Origin: an uncultured Gammaproteobacteria bacterium | GTDB lineage: Bacteria > Pseudomonadota > Gammaproteobacteria > Xanthomonadales > Rhodanobacteraceae | Length of the DNA stretch: 64,000 nucleotides | Direction of reading: 5' to 3' | NCBI GenBank assembly: GCA_963804695.1 | Contig: CAWDRH010000001.1 | Span: 425,944-489,943, forward strand | Part shown: positions 29,843-40,298 of the stretch, piece by piece | How the letters are laid out: every line of letters begins with the position of its first letter | Position numbering within the stretch: position 1 is the stretch's first letter | Made by a program: the position numbers and the translations under genes | Notes under the pieces: model-generated | The model's input: the letters and a program-made list of their open reading frames with translations, nothing else | Told to the model about the DNA's origin: nothing | Database searches by the model: none

Positions 29843-31535
29843 AAAAAAGTATTTTTGCCGCATTGTTTTTTGTTGTTTGCGCATGCGCAGCGCATGCCGA
29901 TGCCGCGCTCAAGCCCGGTCACGCAGCCATCGCCAGCGCGCACAAGCTCGCTACCGCGGCCGGCTTCGAAGTATTGGCCGAAGGCGGCAATGCCTTCGAT
30001 GCGGCGGTCGCGGTCGCGGCGGCTTTGTCCGTGGTCGAACCGCAAAGTTCCGGCATCGGCGGCGGTGGCCTGTTCCTGCTGCATCGGGCAGCGGATGGCA
30101 AGGCGGATTCAGGTAAAGATGTAATGGTCGATGCGCGCGAGACGGCGCCCGCGTCTGTCGACGCGAAGAAATATCTGGATGCAAAAGGTGATCTGGACCA
30201 GGACAAATCGTGGAATGGTCCGCTGGCTGCGGCGATTCCCGGCGAAGCCGCCGGCATGGTCTGGATTTCGCAGCATTATGGAAAATTACCCTTGTCCACA
30301 TCGCTGGCGCCTGCGATCCGCATCGCCCGCGATGGCTTCCAGCCTGACTCGCGCTTTCTCGGTGAACTCGCCCGGCGCGCTGAAGTAATCAAGCGTTATC
30401 CCGCGGCTGCGGCGTTGCTGCTGGAAGACGGCATGGCGCCGAAGGCCGGTTGGACGTTCAAGAATCCCGATCTGGCACACACGCTGGAACTGATTGCGGC
30501 GAAAGGCGACGACGGGTTTTATCGCGGCGAACTCGCGCAGAAAATGGTGGACGGTGTGAACGCAGCCGGTGGTGACTGGTCGCTGGCCGATCTGGATGGC
30601 TATCGTGCCAAGGAACGGACACCCATCGCATTCGATTATCGCGGCTACCGCATCGTCACCGCGTCGCCGCCATCGTCCGGCGGCATCGTTCTGGCCGAGA
30701 TGCTGAATATCCTTTCCGGCTACGATCTGGCCAAGTACGATTCCGTACACCGTATACATTTCATCGTCGAGGCGATGCGTCGTGCCTATCGCGACCGCGC
30801 CGAATATCTGGGCGATCCGGATTACGTGAAGATGCCGATCGCAGCGCCTGACCAGCATGAAATACGCGGACAAGCTGCGCGCTGTCGATCCAGCCGGACA
30901 AGGCAACGCCGAGCAGTTCGCTGCCGGGCTACATGAATCGGCACGAGAGTATGCACACCACGCATTTCTCGATCATCGACGCCGACGGCAACATGGCTGC
31001 GGTGACCCAGACCGTGAACCTGCCGTTCGGCAACGGCATGGTCGTCGCCGGCACCGGCTTCCTGCTCAACAACGAGATGGACGACTTCGCGCTCAAGGCT
31101 GGCACGGCGAATGCGTTCGGCCTGGTCGGCAACGATGCCAACGCGCCCAAGGCCGGGCATCGTCCATTGTCGTCGATGACGCCAAGTTTCGTCATCGGCA
31201 AGGATCGCCTCGCGGTGATTGGCACGCCCGGCGGCAGTCGCGCATCATCACGATGGTGCTCGAAGGCATTCTTGCCTTTGTCGACGGCGAACTGCCGGAG
31301 CAGATCGTCGCCAATCCACGCTATCCACCACCAGTATCTGCCCGACGTGATTTCCGCCGAACCGCACGCATTCAGCCCTGATGAGGTCAGGGCGCTGGAG
31401 AAGATGGGGTACATCGTCAACGAAGGTGAGCGTACCTGGGGATTCATGAACATGGTGAGCTGGGATCGCAAAAGTGGAAAGATGTACGCAGGCTCCGATC
31501 CGCGCGGAACTTCGGGCAGCGGCGAGGTCAAATAG
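29839..31535 (+). pseudogene. ggt: gamma-glutamyltranspeptidase with about 4 frame changes
   Basis: The GTG start overlaps the ferredoxin stop, and a signal peptide is present. The protein reconstructs across frames as ..DYVKMPIAA / LTSMKYADKLR / ALSIQPDKATPSSSLPGYMNRHESMHTTHFSIIDADGN...GTPGGSR / IITMVLEGILAFVDGELPEQIVANPRY / HHQYLPDV...DPRGTSGSGEVK. Breaks lie near 30847, 30880, 31240 and 31337. Confidence 0.85.
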
Positions 31536-31560
31536 TCATGCGTAGCGAATCGCGAACAGC

Positions 31561-32424
31561 ATGAAACTCTGGTCCATCCTGGGTAATTCCCAACGCCTCG
31601 ACGGCGGCGCGATGTTCGGCAACGTGCCGAAAGGCATGTGGGAGAAGTGGATCACGCCGGATGCCGACAACCGCATTCCGCTGGCCTGCCGCGCGCTGCT
31701 GGTCGAAGGTCTCGACGGCAAGACCGTGCTGTTCGAGACCGGCATCGGTGCCTTCTTCGAGCCGAAGCTGAAAGAGCGCTACGGCGTGGTCGAACCCGAG
31801 CATGTGTTGCTGGATTCGCTGGTCAAGGCCGGCTTTCGCGACGAAGATATCGACACGGTCGTGCTGTCGCACCTGCATTTCGACCACGCCGGTGGCCTGC
31901 TTTCGAAATGGGAGGCCGACAAGCCGGCGAGGCTGCTGTTTCCGAATGCGCGCTACATCATCGGCAAGCGCTGCTGGGAGCGCGCGTTGCATCCGCATCC
32001 ACGCGACCGCGCCTCGTTCATTCCGGAATTGCAGCCGTTGCTGGAACAGTCCGGTCGCACGGAACTTGTGGACAATGCGCACTCGTTCACATTGGGCAAA
32101 AGTGTCCGTTTTTCCTTCAGTGATGGCCACACCCCCGGACTGATGCTGGCCGAAGTCGTCGCTCCCGGCGGCGGTGTAGTGTTTTGTGCGGATCTGATTC
32201 CTGGCCGGCCATGGGTGCATCTGCCGGTGACGATGGGCTACGACCGTTATCCTGAACTGCTGATCGAGGAAAAGCGCACTTTCCTCGACGACAAGCTGGC
32301 GCGCGGCGTGCGTCTGTTCTTCACCCACGATGTCGAGTGCGCACTGGCGCGTCCGCTGCGCGATGCCAAAGGGCGTTACGGCACGACGGACGAGATGCCG
32401 GAATTGATCGGCATGGCGGCCTGA
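31561..32424 (+). CDS. MBL-fold metallo-hydrolase
   Basis: 287 aa with the HxHxDH motif [10 protein letters not shown]. Confidence 0.8.
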   Translation: MKLWSILGNSQRLDGGAMFGNVPKGMWEKWITPDADNRIPLACRALLVEGLDGKTVLFETGIGAFFEPKLKERYGVVEPEHVLLDSLVKAGFRDEDIDTVVLSHLHFDHAGGLLSKWEADKPARLLFPNARYIIGKRCWERALHPHPRDRASFIPELQPLLEQSGRTELVDNAHSFTLGKSVRFSFSDGHTPGLMLAEVVAPGGGVVFCADLIPGRPWVHLPVTMGYDRYPELLIEEKRTFLDDKLARGVRLFFTHDVECALARPLRDAKGRYGTTDEMPELIGMAA

Positions 32425-32427
32425 ACC

Positions 32428-33120
32428 ATGGTCCGGCGCAAGCAAGCACCACGAACACGCTATGCAATCTTCATTCTTGCGCTTGCGGTCATTGCTGCGG
32501 CAGCATGGTTCGGCTTTCCGCATCTGAGCAGTCAACTTGATAAAGTTGTCGCTGACGGGATTGCGCCTGTCAACGTTCCCGCTGACCGCATCGATCCGGC
32601 CAACGAGGGCCGCCGGCTGAGCATCACCGGCAATCTGACCGTGGACAAACCGCCGCGCGATCCGCAACTCGGGATCGGTGCGGATACGCCGGTACTTTTC
32701 CGCCTTGTGGAAATGTACCAATGGCGCGAACAGTGCGACGGCGGCGGCTGCCGCTACGCCATGGCTTGGTCGGCGCAACCGATCGATTCAAGCAAATTCC
32801 GTACGCCAATGGGGCACGAAAACCCTGCGGCGCCTTTCGTAGCCGCCCATTTTGCCGCTGGCGAAATCCACCTCGGTGCGTTCAATATCGATTCCGAACT
32901 GACGACCGCGCAACTGCACGCGATCGCTTTTCCGGTGCAGGCGGTTTTACTGCCACCGAATCTGGCCGCGAGCTTTCACGATGTCGACGGCATCCTTTAT
33001 GCCGGCGGCGATCCGGCGCAACCCGTGGTCGGTACCTTGCGCGTGAGTTATCGCGTGCTGCCCATCGGCGCTGTCACCTTGACCGGTGTGCAGCACGGAA
33101 CGAAACTGCAAGTTCACTGA
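32428..33120 (+). CDS. TMEM43/DUF1625-like membrane-anchored protein
   Basis: An N-terminal TM segment (YAIFILALAVIAAAAWF) is followed by the conserved-looking VEMYQWREQC segment. Confidence 0.5.
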   Translation: MVRRKQAPRTRYAIFILALAVIAAAAWFGFPHLSSQLDKVVADGIAPVNVPADRIDPANEGRRLSITGNLTVDKPPRDPQLGIGADTPVLFRLVEMYQWREQCDGGGCRYAMAWSAQPIDSSKFRTPMGHENPAAPFVAAHFAAGEIHLGAFNIDSELTTAQLHAIAFPVQAVLLPPNLAASFHDVDGILYAGGDPAQPVVGTLRVSYRVLPIGAVTLTGVQHGTKLQVH

Positions 33121-33127
33121 AGTTCGG

Positions 33128-33697
33128 TCAATTCGAAGCGAACAATTCCGCGGCGTGATCGAGAAAATACAGGCCCGCGAACAATTTCGGATCGATCGAA
33201 TAACCCTCGTGCAGCTTGTCCAGCAGCCAGCGCGCGGCTTCGGCGCGTGGAACCTCGTGCACGCGGATATCTTCGGTCGCATCGCCGCCACCGGCATGCA
33301 CGCGCACGAGGTCGTAGGCACGCACGAAGGCGATCAGTTCGTTGCTCATCCCCGCCGAAGAGGGGCCGACCATCAGGAATTCGACGCGGCCGGCGCGATA
33401 ACCGGTTTCCTCAGTCAACTCGCGCATGGCTGCAGCCACCGCGGATTCTCCTGCGCTGCCGGCCAGATCGCCGACCAGCCCGGCCGGCATTTCGATCGTC
33501 TTGCTGCGCACTGCCTCGCGCCACTGTTCGACGAACACGATGCGGTCGTCCCGGGTTACAGCGATGATGATCACGCCGCCGCCGGGATTGGTGCGTTCGG
33601 CATATTCCCAGCGGCCGCGCCGCATCAGGCGCAGCCAGCGGCCGGCAAACAGGGTTTCGGTGTCCGTCGTGGCCGCAGTCATGGCAAAGAGTCGCAA
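33128..33697 (-). CDS. NUDIX hydrolase
   Basis: The Nudix box is GESAVAAAMRELTEETGY (Ex7REUxEExGU). Confidence 0.85.
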   Translation of the reverse strand: MRLFAMTAATTDTETLFAGRWLRLMRRGRWEYAERTNPGGGVIIIAVTRDDRIVFVEQWREAVRSKTIEMPAGLVGDLAGSAGESAVAAAMRELTEETGYRAGRVEFLMVGPSSAGMSNELIAFVRAYDLVRVHAGGGDATEDIRVHEVPRAEAARWLLDKLHEGYSIDPKLFAGLYFLDHAAELFASN

Positions 33698-33820
33698 TGG
33701 GAATTGTGAAATAATAACGGTTCTGACCCGGCTGTATCAGCGCCACTTCGTTTGCACATGGCGAAACTTCGCCACCGGCTCGTTGTCTTACCCCGTTCTG
33801 TCACCTTCAAGGTCATCCAC

Positions 33821-35311
33821 ATGAAAATTCAATCCTGGGTTCTGGCCGGTGTGCTGGCGTCGGTTTGCGCCGTGGCCGTCGCGCAGGAAAAGCCCGCTGC
33901 GGGCCCTGCCATTTCGCTGCAGGATGCGCAGGCGCAGAAGGCCGAGGCACTCACCGAGGCGCAGATCAAGCAATCGCACGATATGCCGGCACTCAGCCGG
34001 CTTGCGCAATTGTATAACTCGCGCCATGACATGCAGCGGTTTACCTGGGTATTGGAGCGCGTTAGCGAATTGATGCCGAATTCCGGCGATCTGAAACTGC
34101 AACTGGCGATGGCCTATGCCATGCAGGACGACAAGACCCGCGCTTACGACACGCTGATTCGCATGCAGGTGCAGGGCTTCGGCTACGACATCGCCAAGGA
34201 TCCGCGTTTCGATCCAATCCACGGCAACAAGGTGTGGGATTACATCGTCGCGAATCTTGGCGTCAACTCCAAGCAATTCGGTGAAGGCAAGGTCGCGTTT
34301 GATCTGCCCAAGGGCGATCACCTGTACGACGCGCTGGCCTGGGATGCCAAGCGTGGCGAGCTGCTGGTTGGCAGCATGCGCGACGGCACAATCCAGCTTG
34401 CCGACGAGCATGGCAAGCTCACCGGGTTCATCGCTGCGGACGCCGCCAACGGTTTGTGGGGCGTCAATGCGCTGGCAGTGGATGCGGCCCACGGGAAACT
34501 CTACGTCGCCAGCACGGCGTCGCCGCTGTTCCATGGCTTCGATGCCGACAATGCCGGGGCGTCCGCAATATTCGAATTCGATCTGGCGACCGGCAAGCTG
34601 CTGCATAAGTACACATTTCCTCAAAATAGCGGAAAACATGTGCTGACCAGCATCGTGGCTGGCAAGGATGGCCAGGTTTACGCCGCCGACAGCGCGCGCA
34701 AGCAGGTGGTCAAAATCGACGATGGCAAGCTGCGGATGATCATCGAAAATCCGCACCTGACCAGCATCAGTGCGCTGGCGCTATCCGACGATGGCCGTAC
34801 TCTGTATCTGTCCGATTTTGCCTTGGGAATTTTCGGTTTCGATCTCGGTAAATCCGCGGCGTTCGAGCCGGCCTATGACATGGCCAAACTGGTACTCGGC
34901 GGCATCGTCGGCATGCACTGGTACGACGGCACCTTGATCATCGTCGAGAACGGCATGGTGCCGAAGCGGGTGATGCGGCTGACGCTGTCGGCCGATGGCC
35001 GCAGCATCAAGGGTGCGATGCCGCTGGATGTGGCCCAGCCGGCATTCGCGGCGCTCGGGCCGGGTGCGGTGGCCGGTGACAAATTATACTTTATTGCCAA
35101 TCGTGAAGATGCCTTGTATGACGACAACGGCGTGCTGACCGAAGCCGACAAACTCGCCCCGACGCAAATATTCCGCAGCAGTTTGCGCTTTGCCTGGGGT
35201 CAGAGCGGCGCTGGCAGTGGTCCGGCACCGTTCGACATTGGCAAGGGCTCGGCATCCCCGTCGAAGCCGGCCACCGCCACCGCGCCAGTTTCGGATGGCA
35301 CCAAGCATTGA
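33821..35311 (+). CDS. hypothetical exported protein (TPR-like N-terminal part, beta-propeller-like C-terminal part)
   Basis: Start chosen at the signal peptide MKIQSWVLAGVLASVCAVAVA. The long ORF has repeated ..LY(V/L)(A/S)D.. strands. Confidence 0.6.
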   Translation: MKIQSWVLAGVLASVCAVAVAQEKPAAGPAISLQDAQAQKAEALTEAQIKQSHDMPALSRLAQLYNSRHDMQRFTWVLERVSELMPNSGDLKLQLAMAYAMQDDKTRAYDTLIRMQVQGFGYDIAKDPRFDPIHGNKVWDYIVANLGVNSKQFGEGKVAFDLPKGDHLYDALAWDAKRGELLVGSMRDGTIQLADEHGKLTGFIAADAANGLWGVNALAVDAAHGKLYVASTASPLFHGFDADNAGASAIFEFDLATGKLLHKYTFPQNSGKHVLTSIVAGKDGQVYAADSARKQVVKIDDGKLRMIIENPHLTSISALALSDDGRTLYLSDFALGIFGFDLGKSAAFEPAYDMAKLVLGGIVGMHWYDGTLIIVENGMVPKRVMRLTLSADGRSIKGAMPLDVAQPAFAALGPGAVAGDKLYFIANREDALYDDNGVLTEADKLAPTQIFRSSLRFAWGQSGAGSGPAPFDIGKGSASPSKPATATAPVSDGTKH

Positions 35312-35319
35312 CGCGCGTG

Positions 35320-36213
35320 TCAGCCCGCGCCCGCAAGGGCGCGGCAGCGCGAGCGCGTAAGAGGCCCGAAGCGGAGTTGTTCCAGTAGTGCATCGAGATC
35401 AGCGAAGTCCGGTGCTGACCACACCAGATCGGCTGTCGTCGCCGGCACCGGCGCATCCAGCGCGATGCCAGTCAGCGCCCGCGACAGCATCGCCTGCTCG
35501 CGGTATTGCTTGAGCCGCACATAGGCCTGACCGGCGCCGCGCAGGCGCAGATACGGCACTTCCTCTATACGTTGGTAGAGCGCTTCGAGCCTACTGAAAT
35601 GTGCGAGCAGACTCGCCGCCGTCTTTGCACCGATGCCTGGCACACCGGGGATATTGTCGATGGCGTCACCAGTCAGTGCCAGAAAATCGGCCACCTGATC
35701 CGGACGCACGCCGAGGCGCTTACGCACGCCGTTTTCGTCCCAGCGCAGGTCGCGGGAAAAATCCCATTGCTCGTCGTGCGCGCCGAGCATCTGGCCGAAA
35801 TCCTTGTCGGCCGAGACGATGACCGCGCGGAAACCCTGCGCACGCGAAGTCATCACGGCACTGCCGATCAGGTCGTCGGCTTCGTAATGCGCGTCGGCAA
35901 GCACGCACAGACCGAGTGCACGGGCGACACGCTTGCAGTAATCGAATTGCACTTTCAGTTCCGCCGGCGGCAGTTCGCGATTGGCCTTGTATTCGGGATA
36001 GATCGCGTTGCGGAACGAACTGGTCAGGGATTCGTCGAACGCAGCCAGGGCGTGCGAGGGCCGCACGCGTTCGAGGAAATCGCACAGAAACCGGGTGAAA
36101 CCGTACACGGCATTGACCGGCGCTCCTTCGCGGTCGTGAAATTCCGCCGGCACCGAATGCCAGGCGCGGAATACGTACAGGCTGGAATCGATCAGATGCA
36201 GCGTCGGTTTCAC
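35320..36213 (-). CDS. 5'-3' exonuclease / flap endonuclease family protein (Xni-like)
   Basis: The GTG start overlaps the nitroreductase stop (GTGA). Motifs: LHLIDSSLYVFRAWH, FDES..SFRN..YPEYKANR, EADDLIG, SADKDF.Q and H3TH GVPGIGAKTA. Confidence 0.85.
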   Translation of the reverse strand: MKPTLHLIDSSLYVFRAWHSVPAEFHDREGAPVNAVYGFTRFLCDFLERVRPSHALAAFDESLTSSFRNAIYPEYKANRELPPAELKVQFDYCKRVARALGLCVLADAHYEADDLIGSAVMTSRAQGFRAVIVSADKDFGQMLGAHDEQWDFSRDLRWDENGVRKRLGVRPDQVADFLALTGDAIDNIPGVPGIGAKTAASLLAHFSRLEALYQRIEEVPYLRLRGAGQAYVRLKQYREQAMLSRALTGIALDAPVPATTADLVWSAPDFADLDALLEQLRFGPLTRSRCRALAGAG

Positions 36214-36779
36214 GCGTCCAGCTCGCTCACGATTTGATCGAGTGCCGGACGGGCGCGTTCGGGTACCGATTCCCGCGCCGTGCCAATGTGTACAAAAGCC
36301 ACAATGCGCTCTTGTGGATTCAGGCCCAGCAGAGTCGCGGCGTCGCGGTCGTACGCGGCCCATCCGGTGAGCCATTGCGCAGCAAAGCCGAGCGCGTGCG
36401 CGCCCAGCAACAGGTTGTGGGCAACGCAGCCGGCCGAAAGAATCTGTTCCTGCTCGGGCACCTTGGGATGGTTCGCCTCGACACGAGCGATCACGGCGAC
36501 GATCAGCGGCGCGAAATTGAAACGTTCGCGATCCTTGGTCAACACCGCCGATGGAACCTCTGGTTCGTGACGCAAGTGAATGGCGGCCAGCCGTTCGCCC
36601 AGTCGTGCGCGCGCACTGCCGTGAATCAGCAGCAGTCGCCACGGCTCGAGCTTGCCGTGATCGGGTACCCGGATCGCGGCGGTGAGCAGCCGTTGCAGTT
36701 GTTCGTTGTCAGGTCCGGGTTCGCCGAGCTGGCGTGCCGGGATGGAACGGCGGGTGTTGAGAAAGTCCAGGGAATCCAT
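36210..36779 (-). CDS. nitroreductase-family protein
   Basis: Start chosen at MDSLDFLNTRRSIPA. The pattern ..VPDHGKLEPWR.. is typical of the nitroreductase fold. Confidence 0.8.
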   Translation of the reverse strand: MDSLDFLNTRRSIPARQLGEPGPDNEQLQRLLTAAIRVPDHGKLEPWRLLLIHGSARARLGERLAAIHLRHEPEVPSAVLTKDRERFNFAPLIVAVIARVEANHPKVPEQEQILSAGCVAHNLLLGAHALGFAAQWLTGWAAYDRDAATLLGLNPQERIVAFVHIGTARESVPERARPALDQIVSELDA

Positions 36780-36886
36780 GCGCGACAGAACCGGCGGCAA
36801 TTTGCGGGACAGACAGCATAACAGTAGCGATTGCAACCAAGCTCGGCTAGCATCGCCTTTCCTGTATCGCAGGATCGGAGGGGTTC

Positions 36887-38023
36887 ATGGCGATTACCGT
36901 AGGCGTGGTGCGCGAAACCGTTGCCGGCGAGCGGCGCGTTGCGCTGACGCCCGATGTGGCGAAGAAGCTCAAGGCCAAAGGTGTCGGCCTGTTGATCGAA
37001 CACGGTGCAGGCAATGCCGCAAGTTTCGCCGATGCCACGTACAAGGACACCGAAGTTGCCGCGGACGCGCACAACGTGCTCGGTCGCGTCGACGTACTGC
37101 TCACGGTGCAGCCGCCATCACTGGACGAGATCGCCGCGCTGAAGGAAGGCGCGGTAACGGTCGGTTACCTTTCGCCGCATCTCGCACCCGAGCGTATCAA
37201 GGCGTTGCGTGACCGCAAGATCACGAGTTTTGCGATGGAGCTGCTGCCGCGTACCACGCGTGCACAGGCGATGGACGTCCTGTCTTCGCAGGCTGGCGTC
37301 GCCGGCTACAAGGCGGTGCTGATTGCCGCGGAGGCCTCGCCGAAATTCTTCCCGATGCTCACGACTGCCGCCGGCACGATCCGGCCGAGCAAGGTGCTGG
37401 TCATCGGCGCCGGCGTGGCCGGCCTGCAGGCAATCGCGACTGCGCGCCGTCTTGGCGGCCAGGTCGAAGGCTTCGATGTGCGTCCGGAAACGAAGGAGCA
37501 GATCCAGTCGCTCGGTGCAAAATACGTCGAACTCGGCGTGAGCGCTGCGGGCACCGGCGGCTACGCGCGCGAGTTGACACCCGAAGAACGCGCGCAACAG
37601 CAGGCTGCATTGGCCGAACACATCAAAGGTGTGGATGTCATCATTACCACGGCCGCCGTACCGGGCCGCAAGGCGCCACGTATCATTACCAAGACAATGG
37701 TTGAAGGCATGAAGGCTGGCGCAGTCATCGTCGACATCGCCGCCGAGACCGGCGGCAACTGCGAAGTCACCGAAGCCGGCAAGACGATCGTGACGGCGAA
37801 CGGCGTGACCGTGATCGGTCCGGTGAATCTGGCCGCGACCACGCCGATCCACGCCAGCGAAATGTACGCGAAGAATCTGTACAACTTCCTCGAATTGAGC
37901 ATCAAGGACGGAGCGCTGAACCTGGACTGGGACGACGAGCTGATCGCAAAAACCTGCGTGACCCACGCCGGCCAGATCAAGCACGAGGCGACGAAGGCAC
38001 TGGTCGAAGGAGCACAGCCATGA
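36887..38023 (+). CDS. pntAA: NAD(P) transhydrogenase subunit alpha part 1
   Basis: 378 aa with the AlaDH/PNT domains and the Rossmann motif VLVIGAGVAGLQAI. Confidence 0.95.
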   Translation: MAITVGVVRETVAGERRVALTPDVAKKLKAKGVGLLIEHGAGNAASFADATYKDTEVAADAHNVLGRVDVLLTVQPPSLDEIAALKEGAVTVGYLSPHLAPERIKALRDRKITSFAMELLPRTTRAQAMDVLSSQAGVAGYKAVLIAAEASPKFFPMLTTAAGTIRPSKVLVIGAGVAGLQAIATARRLGGQVEGFDVRPETKEQIQSLGAKYVELGVSAAGTGGYARELTPEERAQQQAALAEHIKGVDVIITTAAVPGRKAPRIITKTMVEGMKAGAVIVDIAAETGGNCEVTEAGKTIVTANGVTVIGPVNLAATTPIHASEMYAKNLYNFLELSIKDGALNLDWDDELIAKTCVTHAGQIKHEATKALVEGAQP

Positions 38024-38430
38024 TCGACGGGTTTCTCGCACTCTACATCTTCATGCTCGCCGCCTTTACCGGGCACGAGATCATTTCGCGCGTGCCGGTG
38101 ATCCTGCACACGCCGCTGATGTCCGGCTCGAACTTCGTGCACGGCATCGTGCTGGTCGGCGCGATGATCGCGCTCGGCGAGGCGACCACGCCGCTGGAGC
38201 AGACGATCGGATTCATCGGCGTATTCCTCGGCGCCGGCAACGCGGCCGGCGGCTATGTCGTCACCGAGCGCATGCTGCAAATGTTCAAGTCCAGCAAGAA
38301 GCCTGATGCCGGTTCACAGGGGGCAAACCATGAACGCCTGCCCACTTCGTCGATCTGGGAATCCAGGCGATCTATTTCGTCGCTGCCGTGTTGCTCATCA
38401 TGGGCATCAAGCGCATGTCTTCGCCGGTGA
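38020..38430 (+). CDS. pntAB: NAD(P) transhydrogenase subunit alpha part 2 (3' end uncertain)
   Basis: ATGA overlap with pntAA. The membrane part reads ..FTGHEIISRVPVILHTPLMSGSNFVHGIVLVGA...TERMLQMFK. The tail after about 38300 overlaps pntB. Confidence 0.8.
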   Translation: MIDGFLALYIFMLAAFTGHEIISRVPVILHTPLMSGSNFVHGIVLVGAMIALGEATTPLEQTIGFIGVFLGAGNAAGGYVVTERMLQMFKSSKKPDAGSQGANHERLPTSSIWESRRSISSLPCCSSWASSACLRR

Positions 38431-39780
38431 CCGCGCGCAGCGGCATCCAGTGGGCCGGCGTCGGCGTGCTGGTTGCAGTCATCGCCACGTTCTTCCATCG
38501 CGGTCCACATAACCCATCGGTGTTGATCGAAAACGCAGCGCTGATTTTCATCGCGATTGCGATCAGTACCGCGCTCGCCTGGTACACCGGGCGCAGGGTG
38601 GCGATGACCGCAATGCCGCAGATGGTTGCTTTGTACAACGGCATGGGCGGCGGTTCCGCGGCGGCCATCGGCGCCAGCGCCTTGCTCGGTTTCGCCAGTC
38701 TCGCCGCGCCGCAGTTCGTCCCGGACATGCCGCATGTGAACCAGTCGCAGGTCATCCTCGCCGTGGTCGGCGCCTTGATCGGCTCGATTTCGTTCACCGG
38801 TTCGCTGATCGCGTTCGCCAAGCTGCAGGGCTGGATGGACAAGACCTTCCGCTTCAAGGGTCAGCAAGCCGTCAACGGCTTGTGCTTTCTCGCCGCGGCC
38901 GCGCTGGGCGCAATGGTCGTGATGCACTCGAGCACGCACGCGATCGTGCTGTTCTTCGCCGCAGCCCTGCTGTTCGGCATCCTGATGACGCTGCCGATCG
39001 GCGGCGCCGACATGCCGGTGGTGATCTCGCTGTTCAACGCTTTCACCGGCCTGGCGGTTGGTTTTGAGGGTTACGTGCAGCACAACCCGCTGCTGATCAT
39101 CGCCGGCATCGTGGTCGGTGCCGCAGGCACCTTGCTCACGCGACTGATGGCCAAGGCAATGAACCGTTCGATCAGCAATGTGCTGTTCTCGAACTTCGGC
39201 AGCGGCGGCGGCACCGCGGCGGAGATCAAGGGGTCGCTGAAACCCATCGAGGCCGACGACGCGGCGTCGCTGCTGTATCTGGCGGACAAGATCATCATCG
39301 TGCCTGGTTACGGCATGGCTGTGGCGCAGGCCCAGCACAAGATCTGGGAGCTTTGCGCAGCAATTGATCAAGCGCGACAAGAGCGTGAAGTTCGCGATCC
39401 ATCCGGTTGCTGGACGCATGCCTGGCCACATGAACGTATTGCTCGCCGAGGCCGGCGTGCCCTACGACCTGATCGCCGACATGGACGAGGTCAATCCGGA
39501 ATTCCCGAACTGCGACGTCGCCATCGTCATCGGCGCGAACGACGTGGTGAATCCGGTCGCCAAGACCGACAAGTCATCGCCGATCTACGGCATGCCGATC
39601 CTCGACGTCGCCAAAGCCAAGCAAGTGATCGTGATCAAGCGCGGCAAGGGAACGGGTTTTGCCGGCATAGAGAACGCGCTGTTCTACCAGGACAACTGCC
39701 GCATGCTATATGCCGACGGACAGGAGGCTGCGAACAAGCTGATCGCGGGGCTGAAGGCGATGGATGGGGGTGGGGATTGA
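38330..39780 (+). pseudogene. pntB: NAD(P) transhydrogenase subunit beta with 2 apparent frameshifts
   Basis: The ATG at 38330 has the RBS AGGGGG. The reading MNA then changes frame (extra T near 38339) to AHFVDLGIQAIYFVAAVLLIMGIKRMSSPVTARSG... (frame of ORF 38388). At about 39353 ..AQHKIWEL changes frame to ..QQLIKRDKSVKFAIHPVAGRMPGHMNVLLAEA... (ORF 39364-39780). Confidence 0.85.
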
Positions 39781-39847
39781 AGTTCAGCGCTATTCTATCC
39801 AGGATCGTTGACGGGTGTGTTGGATTGGCAGCATGGAGGATTGACGA

Positions 39848-40195
39848 ATGTTCTTCCGTCTTACCTTTGCTATAGCCATCTTTTGTGCATGCCCACTCAG
39901 TTCGCTTGCACTGGAAGCATCCGACTTCACAGGTATGGAGGGTTGGCGTATATATGCGGTTACGGAGGTTGATGGCGATTTCGATGGCTGTTCCAGCGGT
40001 CATCACATCGACTACACAAATGGCATGTCAACTGTTTGCGACGAAGAGAACCCATCAGCGTCAGTAAGTCCGGCAGCCGTAATATTCGTAAAACAAATAA
40101 AAGACACAAATGGATATTTATACTATATAAAGGTTCTCATAGATGATGAATTTTATGATATGAGGCCAAAAAAAGTCCGAGCAAAGACACCTTGA
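39848..40195 (+). CDS. hypothetical small exported protein in a very AT-rich islet
   Basis: 115 aa with the signal-like MFFRLTFAIAIFCACPLSSLALEA. Local composition is far below the backbone (one 60-nt line is about 22% GC). Confidence 0.5.
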   Translation: MFFRLTFAIAIFCACPLSSLALEASDFTGMEGWRIYAVTEVDGDFDGCSSGHHIDYTNGMSTVCDEENPSASVSPAAVIFVKQIKDTNGYLYYIKVLIDDEFYDMRPKKVRAKTP

Positions 40196-40214
40196 ATAGA
40201 CTTGTTTCAGCCCG

Positions 40215-40298
40215 GTAGGTTGGGGTGAGCGTGCGAACCCCAACGCCAACGCGCGCAGAGATACCTCATGTTGGGGTTCGTTCCTCACCCCAACCTAC
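40215..40298. repeat. REP-like long palindrome
   Basis: The arms GTAGGTTGGGGTGAGCGTGCGAACCCCAAC and GTTGGGGTTCGTTCCTCACCCCAACCTAC form imperfect 30-nt inverted repeats around a roughly 24-nt spacer. Confidence 0.75.
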
